Shown: in pieces, positions 37,195 through 44,601 of the stretch
Numbering within the stretch: the stretch's first letter is position 1
Layout of the letters: each line of letters opens with the position of its first letter
Assembly: GCA_030681835.1 (NCBI GenBank)
Contig: JAUXRN010000075.1
Coordinates: 1,561-65,560, forward strand
Direction of reading: 5' to 3'
DNA length: 64,000 bases
DNA from: Actinomycetota bacterium
Lineage (GTDB): Bacteria; Actinomycetota; Actinomycetes; S36-B12
Notes under the pieces: generated by a model
Database searches by the model: none
The model's input: only the letters and a program-made list of their open reading frames with translations
Told to the model about the DNA's origin: nothing
Translations under genes and position numbers: made by a program

Positions 37195-37232
37195 CGGCTA
37201 GGTGCGTGCCGCGTCCCACCGACTCGCGATGG

Positions 37233-38279
37233 CTACCGCGGCGCGCCCAGGTACGGGAACGTCGACCGGTAGTCCGTGTGCGCGGAGACGCAGTCGCCCT
37301 TGACCGCGCCCTGCGTCACCAGGTTCAGCTCGACGTCGATGACGTCGTCCGCGAGAGCCCGGCCGTTGAGCGGGCCGACTGCCTTGGTGCTCGTGTCGTA
37401 GGTGAGCACGTCCGGAAGCAGCAGGTCGGCGAGCTCGCCGGCGGCCTTGTCGGAGTAGCCGCCCAGCGCCTTCAGCGTGCTGACGACGTTGGCCCGGTAC
37501 AGGGCCGGATCGCGGTTGGGCATGGTGACGTTGAAGGCGTTCTTGTCCTCGCCCTTGTTGAACACCGTGTTGATCGCGGGTCGGCCCATGCGATCCACCC
37601 GGCCGTCGGGGGTGACCGTCATGCCCCAGACCCCGATGTTCTTGCCGAGGTCGGCATCCGGGACCTCCAGCACGATGGAGTTGACGTTCAGCGGCGCGAA
37701 GAAGTCGGTCTTCTTGGCGTCGCAGAACGTGCGGCCGTTCCCGCTGCCGCCGACTGCGCCGAGGAAGGCGTCGAGGTCGAAGAAGAACGGATCGGAGCGC
37801 AGCCCGGCAAAGACCTTCGAGTCCCCACCGAAGCTCTTCGTCGCGCCCGTCTTGCCGGAAGCGACCTTCGTGCCCTTGGTGAGATTGCGGGCACCTGCGC
37901 CCATGTACTTCGTGACGGTGTAGGCCTGGCCCTTGCCGGTGCCGTTGCCCTTGCCGAAGCGCAGGACGTAGGCGAGATCACGCTTGGCGTCCCCAGTGTT
38001 GTCGACGGAGATGACGTACTGGACGTCGGTTCCGTAGTCGAGCGGTGCAATGGCGCCTGCGCCCGGGCCGGTGTTCAGCACGAGCACGGTGTTGCTGGCG
38101 TCCTTGCCCTGGAAGGCGTAGACGTCGGTGATGTCGGCGTCGGCCCGGCCGGACGGCGCCATGAGGCCGGGGGCATCGAGGTGGTCAGCGGCTCCTGCCA
38201 GGAGGGGTGGCCCGGCGAAGGCGAGGACGAGCGTGGCGATGCCCGCCCCTGCGACGGCGGTCTTCGTTTGCGTTCGCAT
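37233..38279 (-). CDS. Secreted DUF4331-like protein
   Basis: It has a signal peptide, then DHLDAPG...ADITDVYAF near the mature N-terminus. The family call is from memory. Confidence 0.65.
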   Translation of the reverse strand: MRTQTKTAVAGAGIATLVLAFAGPPLLAGAADHLDAPGLMAPSGRADADITDVYAFQGKDASNTVLVLNTGPGAGAIAPLDYGTDVQYVISVDNTGDAKRDLAYVLRFGKGNGTGKGQAYTVTKYMGAGARNLTKGTKVASGKTGATKSFGGDSKVFAGLRSDPFFFDLDAFLGAVGGSGNGRTFCDAKKTDFFAPLNVNSIVLEVPDADLGKNIGVWGMTVTPDGRVDRMGRPAINTVFNKGEDKNAFNVTMPNRDPALYRANVVSTLKALGGYSDKAAGELADLLLPDVLTYDTSTKAVGPLNGRALADDVIDVELNLVTQGAVKGDCVSAHTDYRSTFPYLGAPR

Positions 38280-38422
38280 GAGGACTCCTTTGGTCGAGTG
38301 ATGGGTGGTCGATCACTCGGTGTTCGGAGCGGGAGTCGCCTCGGATGGGTCCGGGCCCAGGGAATCTTCAGGCGAGCGGCACGGAAGGTGCGGGCGTCGT
38401 GGCCGCGCGTACCCTTCCCCCC

Positions 38423-39022
38423 GTGGACACCGTCCGAGCCGGCGTGCGCCTCGCCACTGACGCCGACGTCGGAGCCGTGGCGACGATGGTTGCCGCTGCC
38501 TTCGCCACCGACCCCGCCTGGTCGTTCATCATCGGGCCCGGCAACCCCCGCGCGAGGGAAGCGTTCGCCCGCACCCTGCTCATGCCGCGCATCGGACGGG
38601 GCACAGCGTGGGTCACCGACGACTGCACGGCCGTCGCGATGTGGGACCGCTTCGCTGTCGGGGGCCCGGTCGACGCTGACCATGGCGCGCGATGGGCCGC
38701 ATTCCGAGACGAGGTGGGCGAGCACGTCTGGGCCCGGCTCGAGGCGTACGAGGCCGGACTCAAGGCCGCCTCACCCGCCCGGCCGTACTGGTACCTCGGG
38801 GTGCTCGCCACCCACCCCGACCTGCACGGTCGTGGCCTGGCAAGTGCCGTGCTGCGTCCGGGACTGGACGCGGCCGATGCCGACGGGTGGGACTGCTGGC
38901 TCGAGACGTCGACCCCCGCCAACAAGGCGTTCTACGCCGGTCGCGGCTTCACCGATGCCGTGCCGGTCGACGTGCCCGGCGGGCCCCCGACGTGGTGGCT
39001 GCGGCGACCGGCGCGGCACTAG
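38423..39022 (+). CDS. GNAT-family N-acetyltransferase (copy 2, paralog of 33226-33831)
   Basis: By manual alignment, roughly four-fifths of residues are identical to copy 1, and the C-terminal 40 aa are nearly identical. The start is uncertain (GTG 38423, or upstream to 38345). Confidence 0.8.
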   Translation: MDTVRAGVRLATDADVGAVATMVAAAFATDPAWSFIIGPGNPRAREAFARTLLMPRIGRGTAWVTDDCTAVAMWDRFAVGGPVDADHGARWAAFRDEVGEHVWARLEAYEAGLKAASPARPYWYLGVLATHPDLHGRGLASAVLRPGLDAADADGWDCWLETSTPANKAFYAGRGFTDAVPVDVPGGPPTWWLRRPARH

Positions 39023-39088
39023 GGAGGGACGTCGACCAGATCGCGGCAACATATTCCCATCGGGGAATATGTCAGATAGGGTCGGCCC

Positions 39089-39403
39089 ATGCAGGTCGAG
39101 ACGCTGGTGGCGTTGGGCGAGCCGAATCGCCTGCGCATCGTCGAGCTGCTGAAACGAGGGCCATGCTCCGTGGGCGAGATCGCCGACCGGCTCTCGCTTC
39201 GCCAGCCGCAGGCGTCCAAGCACCTGCGGGTGCTGAGCGACGCCCGGCTGCTGAAGGTCGAGGCCGTCTCGCGACGACGGATCTACCGACTCAACGAGGA
39301 GCCCTTCAGCGACATGGCCGAGTGGCTCACGTCGTTCGAGGGCACGTGGCAGTCGCGCCTCGACGCCCTCGGCGCCTTCCTTGCAACCGACGGAGACAGA
39401 TGA
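39089..39403 (+). CDS. ArsR/SmtB-family transcriptional regulator
   Basis: Pattern LGEPNRLRIVELLKRGPCSVGEIADRLSLRQPQASKHLRVL. Confidence 0.9.
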   Translation: MQVETLVALGEPNRLRIVELLKRGPCSVGEIADRLSLRQPQASKHLRVLSDARLLKVEAVSRRRIYRLNEEPFSDMAEWLTSFEGTWQSRLDALGAFLATDGDR

Positions 39404-39780
39404 TGCTGGGCAAGTTGATACCCGTGAAGAAGGACCTGCTCTTCGAGCGCACCTACGCGGCCCCGCGCTCACGGGTGTGGGAGGCCTGGACGCGGCCCGA
39501 ACTGCTGAAGCAGTGGTGGGGCCCGGAGAAGACGTTCATCCCCGAGTGCGAGGTGGACCTGCGCATCGAGGAGGCGGGGACCACCATCCATCACGACAAC
39601 GAGCTGACGCTGGCAGACGGGCCGGACGGCAGCACCGTGATGACGCTTCGCGTCACCATCACGGACATCGGGCCCGACGCCAGGCTCGCCGCCTTCGGCA
39701 TGAAGTGGGGCTACAAGCAGCCGTTCGGCAAGCTCGCGGCCCTGCTGTCCGCGCAGGTGACGACCAACGGAGAATCCTGA
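39400..39780 (+). CDS. SRPBCC/AHSA1-like domain protein (short)
   Basis: Pattern RVWEAWTRPELLKQWWGPE is typical of AHSA1/SRPBCC proteins that follow ArsR genes. ATGATG overlaps the arsR stop. Confidence 0.7.
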   Translation: MMLGKLIPVKKDLLFERTYAAPRSRVWEAWTRPELLKQWWGPEKTFIPECEVDLRIEEAGTTIHHDNELTLADGPDGSTVMTLRVTITDIGPDARLAAFGMKWGYKQPFGKLAALLSAQVTTNGES

Positions 39781-39782
39781 CC

Positions 39783-40337
39783 ATGGCCACCAACCCCGAC
39801 CGCGCGTCGTACTTCCCGGCGATCGAGAAGAAGCACGGGCAGCCAATGTCCTACTGGTTCGACCAGATGGACCAGATCTCCGACCGCAAGTACCCCGAGC
39901 AGATCGCCTTCCTGCGCGAGAACCACGGGTTCAGCCAGGCCCACGCCAACGCGCTGGTCCTGTACTCCCGCGGCTCGACGAGCGCCCACCGCGTCCACAC
40001 CGTCGACGAGTACCTGGCGCCGTTCGACGAGACCAAGCAGCAGACCGTGCGCGCGATCTTCACGGCCATCACGACGAAGTACCCGAGGATGGAACTCGTC
40101 ATCGCCTGGAACCAGCCGATGCTCAAGCTCGACGGCCAGTACATCTTCGGGGTCTCGGTGCATACCAACCACATCCTCATCGCGCCGTGGGGTGACGGGG
40201 TCATCGACGAGTTCCGCCCACGCCTGGCCGGCTACAAGGTGAACAAGAAGACCATCCAGGTCCCGGTCGACTGGAAGCCCGACGCGAAGCTGCTGCGTGA
40301 CATGGCGGCAGCCGGCATCGCCGCGGCGTCCGGGTGA
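39783..40337 (+). CDS. DUF4287/DUF5655-like protein
   Basis: It has an N-terminal SYFPAIEKKHGQPMSYWF motif and lies 2 nt after the upstream stop. The family call is from memory. Confidence 0.65.
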   Translation: MATNPDRASYFPAIEKKHGQPMSYWFDQMDQISDRKYPEQIAFLRENHGFSQAHANALVLYSRGSTSAHRVHTVDEYLAPFDETKQQTVRAIFTAITTKYPRMELVIAWNQPMLKLDGQYIFGVSVHTNHILIAPWGDGVIDEFRPRLAGYKVNKKTIQVPVDWKPDAKLLRDMAAAGIAAASG

Positions 40338-40771
40338 GCGCCACAGGCGTCGATCCCACGCGGTTCGGTTCCGCAGACCCGGGGCCGTTCTTCCATGGCA
40401 CGAAGGCCGAGCTGAGGGCCGGGGACCTGCTCGAGCCCGGCAAGGGCTCCAACTTCGGCGAGGGGAGGACGGCGAACTTCGTCTACCTGACCGCCACGTT
40501 GGATGCCGCCGTCTGGGGCGCGGAGCTCGCGGCGGGCGAGGCGCCCGGCCGCGTCTACCTGGTCGAGCCGACGGGCGGGTTCGAGGACGACCCGAACCTC
40601 ACCGACAAGAAGTTCCCCGGCAACGTGACCCGCTCCTACCGCACTCGCGAGCCCTTGCGCGTGATCGGCGAGGTCGTCGGCTGGGCTGGCCATCCAGCCG
40701 AGGTTCTGCAGGGGATGCGGGACCATCTCGATGAACTGAAGCGGCAGGGCGTCGAGGCCATCAACGACTGA
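40334..40771 (+). CDS. arr: Rifampin ADP-ribosyltransferase
   Basis: Matches the Arr family along its full length: FFHGTKAEL, YLTATLDAAVWGAELA, and YLVEPTGGFEDDPNLTDKKFPGNVTRSYRTREPLRV. The GTG start overlaps the upstream stop. Confidence 0.88.
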   Translation: MSATGVDPTRFGSADPGPFFHGTKAELRAGDLLEPGKGSNFGEGRTANFVYLTATLDAAVWGAELAAGEAPGRVYLVEPTGGFEDDPNLTDKKFPGNVTRSYRTREPLRVIGEVVGWAGHPAEVLQGMRDHLDELKRQGVEAIND

Positions 40772-40794
40772 CTGGACGCGCCTTCACCGGTCGA

Positions 40795-41283
40795 ATGCTG
40801 GGAGAATCGGCTGCCATGAGCGCACCGACAAGTCCCGCCACCCCGACGATCTCCCGACGAGCCGGCTGGCGCATCGGGTACTCCGTGGCCATCATCGTCA
40901 ACCTGCTCGTGTACTGCTTCATCAACGTGTGGCCGGGCTGGGAGTCGCTCGACTTCGTCACGCCGGCGGCCGCAGACGTCGTGCCGCTGGTCAACATCTC
41001 GATCGGCGTCGCGATCCTCGTCAACGTCGTCTACCTCGTCGCCGACGGCACGCGCATCAAGGCCCTGGGCGAGATGGTCAGCGCCGCCGTGACGCTGGTC
41101 GCGTCCGTCGTCGTGCTGAGCGTCTTCCCCTTCGACTTCAGCGCATACGCATTCCCGTGGGAGCTCGTGACACGCGTCGTCCTGGTGATCGCCGTGGTAG
41201 GCAGCGCGATCTCCGTGCTCGTGAACCTCTACCGACTGGTCCGCGGACCCGTGCGGAAGGCCGCTACGTCACCGACGCCGTGA
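40795..41283 (+). CDS. Integral membrane protein, unknown function
   Basis: 162 aa with four hydrophobic helices. Confidence 0.65.
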   Translation: MLGESAAMSAPTSPATPTISRRAGWRIGYSVAIIVNLLVYCFINVWPGWESLDFVTPAAADVVPLVNISIGVAILVNVVYLVADGTRIKALGEMVSAAVTLVASVVVLSVFPFDFSAYAFPWELVTRVVLVIAVVGSAISVLVNLYRLVRGPVRKAATSPTP

Positions 41284-42211
41284 CCCTGGCCCGCCGGAAG
41301 CGCTTGTCCTCGTACAGCAGCGCGTCGGCACGGCCCAGCGCCGCCTCGAACGGCTCGTCAGTCGTCCACTCGACTACCCCGCACGACCATGGGCCCGGGG
41401 ATTGCTCGCGAAGGCGGCTGACCAGCGTGCCCGTGGCCGAGGGCGCGGTCTGCGCCAGGATGACGAGGAACTCGTCCCCGCCCATCCGGACGGCCAGGTC
41501 GTCGGGCCTCAGGCCGTGGCGCAGCACGGAGCCGAAGTCCCGCAGCAGCCGGTCGCCCGCCTGATGCCCGTGCGAGTCGTTGATTGCCTTGAGCCCGTCG
41601 AGGTCGATCGAGATCAGGGTGCTGGGCAAGGTGGCCCGGCCCGGCCTCGGCCGGATCCGACGGTACTCGCTGAGGCCATGGCGGTTGAGCAGTCCGGTGA
41701 GGGAGTCGTGCGTCGCCGCGCGAGTCACCTCGCCCACCACCAGGCTCAGCCCGAACGCAACCCCGAACAGCATCACCGTCAGGATGAACCAGGGCTCTGC
41801 CTGGGAACCCATCACCCCGTTGAGGTGCATCACGGCAAGGTAACCGGCCGAGCCGAGGCCGGCCACGGCGTACGTGAACCAGCCGCGCCACCACATGCCG
41901 CAGTAGAGGACCGCGATGATCGAGACCGACGCCTCGGCGAGCATCCCGACTGGGGTCGCTTCCTGAGCCGAAGAATGCAAGATGACGGCCAGTTGGGTCA
42001 GCACGACGACCCTCAGGAACCACGTCGGCGTGCTGGCTCGCCAGATGAGCAGGATGACGATGATGGCGAGGTCGATGACGATGTATGACACCCGGTCCGG
42101 GTTCCCTATGGGAACTCCGACCACCTGGGCGATCGTGGTAGCGATGTCGAGGCTGCACCACAGCAGCATCGTCCACACCGGGCCGCCCATGCGCTGGAAG
42201 ACGTGCTTCAT
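41264..42211 (-). CDS. Membrane-bound diguanylate cyclase (GGDEF domain)
   Basis: About five N-terminal TM helices. It has DSLTGLLNR, the metal site ISIDLDGLKAINDSHGH, and the active site RMGGDEF. Confidence 0.9.
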   Translation of the reverse strand: MKHVFQRMGGPVWTMLLWCSLDIATTIAQVVGVPIGNPDRVSYIVIDLAIIVILLIWRASTPTWFLRVVVLTQLAVILHSSAQEATPVGMLAEASVSIIAVLYCGMWWRGWFTYAVAGLGSAGYLAVMHLNGVMGSQAEPWFILTVMLFGVAFGLSLVVGEVTRAATHDSLTGLLNRHGLSEYRRIRPRPGRATLPSTLISIDLDGLKAINDSHGHQAGDRLLRDFGSVLRHGLRPDDLAVRMGGDEFLVILAQTAPSATGTLVSRLREQSPGPWSCGVVEWTTDEPFEAALGRADALLYEDKRFRRARVTASVT

Positions 42212-42244
42212 GGTCCCTCCCGCCGCGGTTGTGCGGATCAGAGG

Positions 42245-42820
42245 CTAGAACTCCCAGTACTGGACCGTGATCCGCGTGATCGCGTCGCCGACCTTGATCC
42301 GGTAGTCGTACGTCCCGTCGCACCAGGTGCCGTTCTGGCACCACGGATCGAGGAACAGCTTCGCGGCGCCGTTCGAGGCCCGCGTGATCCACTCCGTGTT
42401 CCACTCGCCGTCCTGCATGAACTGCAGGTACACCATCGGCGTCTCGCCCTGGGGGACCGTCACGAGGATCCTCGGCACCTCGCCGCCCGGGTAGTCCGCC
42501 GCACGGAAGGTACGGTCGCCACCACGCACGTCGTCGCTCCAGACCCACGAGTAGTCCGCCCGCGCACCCTTCTTCTCCGTCGAGCCACTCATGCCCGTCG
42601 TCGCCACCGTGGCGGTCCCGGCCAGCATGACCAAGGCAGCCATCGCGGCGATCGTCGACGCCAGTGTCGCCATGGGATGGCGTCGGTAGGTGAGGCGGTA
42701 CGTCCGCTCCGGCCGGCTCCACCGGCGCGTGCGCGTCGTGCCGTCGGGCAGGTAGTCGTTCACGCGCCGGAGCGGGTGATGGGTGTCGCGGCGCTCGTGC
42801 TGGCCTTCGTAGTCGTTCAT
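42245..42820 (-). CDS. Hypothetical secreted/membrane-anchored protein
   Basis: It has coding GC3 and an internal signal-like segment (MATLASTIAAMAALVMLAGTA), so the true start may be ATG 42673. Confidence 0.6.
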   Translation of the reverse strand: MNDYEGQHERRDTHHPLRRVNDYLPDGTTRTRRWSRPERTYRLTYRRHPMATLASTIAAMAALVMLAGTATVATTGMSGSTEKKGARADYSWVWSDDVRGGDRTFRAADYPGGEVPRILVTVPQGETPMVYLQFMQDGEWNTEWITRASNGAAKLFLDPWCQNGTWCDGTYDYRIKVGDAITRITVQYWEF

Positions 42821-42948
42821 CGGACCTCCTGACCGCGTGTCCTGGCCTGGTGCCGGTGTCTGCGTTCATCTCGACGCTAGGGGCCGATCCCGGCCGATCC
42901 CGCGTCGAGAAGCGGTTCAGCCGGGACCATCCCTGCGCGGGGCCTCGA

Positions 42949-44529
42949 TCAGGGGCGCTTCCTGACCAGCGTGCCCAGCCCGAACTGGTCGAAGTGCTCG
43001 ATCGTCACGGTCCCGGCATCGGGGCGGAAGTCGACGGCCGACCGTCCGAGCCCTCCCTCGCCTGGCATGCGGTAGGAGAAGCGGTTGCCGCCCCAGGCGG
43101 TCAACGGGAAGGCCATCGACCGAGGGCCGAGAAGGAGGACAAGCCGATTCCCGCGACGGACGACGCGGGCATCGCCCACGTACTCGTTGGCGTAGGTGCC
43201 GACGTATGCGGCGAGCGAGCGGACGGGCGTCGCTCCCGGGGGCGGCGTGCGGCCGGCGAGCATCGTCCGGTCGACGAGGATCGGCGCGAATGCCTGCGCG
43301 TACACCTCGAACCAGTCCCGCTGGAGGGCCCCGGTCTCGGCGATGTCGAAGAAGGAGGCGGCGACCGCCTCGGACTCCCCGCGCGGCAGCCCGTTGGACA
43401 GGACCACGATGCCGAGGTCGGCCGCAGGTGCCATGTCGACGATCGTCCCCGCGCCCGCGTAGAACGCTCCACTGTGGCTCCAGCGGACGTGCCCCGTCCC
43501 GTCGACTCCCGTGCCGATGCCGTAGCCGTACAGCCCCGGGCGCGCAGTCGGGTCGGTCGGAGGCGCGCTCACCGAATGCGGCTGCCGCATGACCTGGAGC
43601 ACCGCGGGGTCGATCAGCTGGCGGCCATCGATGGTCCCGTCGCCCAACTGCAGCAGCATCCACCGGGCCATGTCGTGGGCCGTCGAACTCAATCCCCCGG
43701 CAGGTGCCTCAGGGTCGCCGTCGAGCGACTCCAGGTGCTGCCACACGCCATTCACCGGCCGGTGCGTGAGCGCCTTGTTCGGCGAGCGGTTGTAGTCGGC
43801 GAAACGGTACGACGACGACGTCATGCCTGCCGGCGTGAACAGGAGCCGGTCCGCGAGGTTCGCCCACGTGCTCTTCGCGGCCGCCGCGACCGCCTCGCCG
43901 CCGGCCGTCAGTCCGAAGTTCGTGTAGTCGTACCCTTCGCGGAACGGCGACAGCGGCACGTACCGCAACCGGTCGAGGATGTACTCCTGCTGGTAGCCGA
44001 TGCTTTCCAGGTCGTCGCCCGCGTGGTCGGGCAGGCCGCTGCGATGGGCGTACATGTCGCCGATCGTCACGTTCCTCGTGACGTACGCGGAGTCGAGGGC
44101 GAAGCCCGGCAGGTACCGCCGGATGGGGTCATTCCATTGCACGAGGCCCTGCGACACGGCCCGCGAGATGACGGTCGCGCCGACCGGCTTGGAGACGCTC
44201 GCCATCTGGAAGACGGTGTCTGCGTCGACGGGGAGGCCGCTGCCGGCCACGCGCTCGCCGTACCCGGCGGCCAGGAGGACCTTGCCGTGGGAGACGACCG
44301 CCACGGCCATGCCGGGCACCCCGGCTCGCGCGCGGGCAGTGGCGATGAGGCCAGGCACCGCCGCGACGGCCCGGGCGACGTTGGCGTCGGTGATGTCGGT
44401 GGTGGTCCAGGTCGACGGGCCTGCGTCGGTGGTCTCTGCACGGGCGGCCTGGCCCCCCATCAGGCCAGCGACGATGACGAGCGCCGCCGCAACGGGCAGC
44501 AGGGGTGATCGCAGTCCCATGGCGGGCAT
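42949..44529 (-). CDS. Secreted serine hydrolase of the beta-lactamase / D-aminopeptidase family
   Basis: It has a signal peptide, the S-x-x-K motif (MASVSKPVG) and a Y-x-N motif (DYTNFG). The start is at ATG 44529 or 44520. Confidence 0.85.
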   Translation of the reverse strand: MPAMGLRSPLLPVAAALVIVAGLMGGQAARAETTDAGPSTWTTTDITDANVARAVAAVPGLIATARARAGVPGMAVAVVSHGKVLLAAGYGERVAGSGLPVDADTVFQMASVSKPVGATVISRAVSQGLVQWNDPIRRYLPGFALDSAYVTRNVTIGDMYAHRSGLPDHAGDDLESIGYQQEYILDRLRYVPLSPFREGYDYTNFGLTAGGEAVAAAAKSTWANLADRLLFTPAGMTSSSYRFADYNRSPNKALTHRPVNGVWQHLESLDGDPEAPAGGLSSTAHDMARWMLLQLGDGTIDGRQLIDPAVLQVMRQPHSVSAPPTDPTARPGLYGYGIGTGVDGTGHVRWSHSGAFYAGAGTIVDMAPAADLGIVVLSNGLPRGESEAVAASFFDIAETGALQRDWFEVYAQAFAPILVDRTMLAGRTPPPGATPVRSLAAYVGTYANEYVGDARVVRRGNRLVLLLGPRSMAFPLTAWGGNRFSYRMPGEGGLGRSAVDFRPDAGTVTIEHFDQFGLGTLVRKRP

Positions 44530-44601
44530 CCTCCGGCTCGATGGCTGCCCGTCATTGTGGCACCGCGCGGGCAATGCCCTACTGGCCCGTTGCGGTGCGC
44601 C

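Noticed and set aside
41358-42869. 503-aa minus-strand ORF
   Set aside because: It is out of frame with the clear GGDEF gene and the downstream hypothetical gene, and has an Arg/Gly/Pro/His-rich composition.
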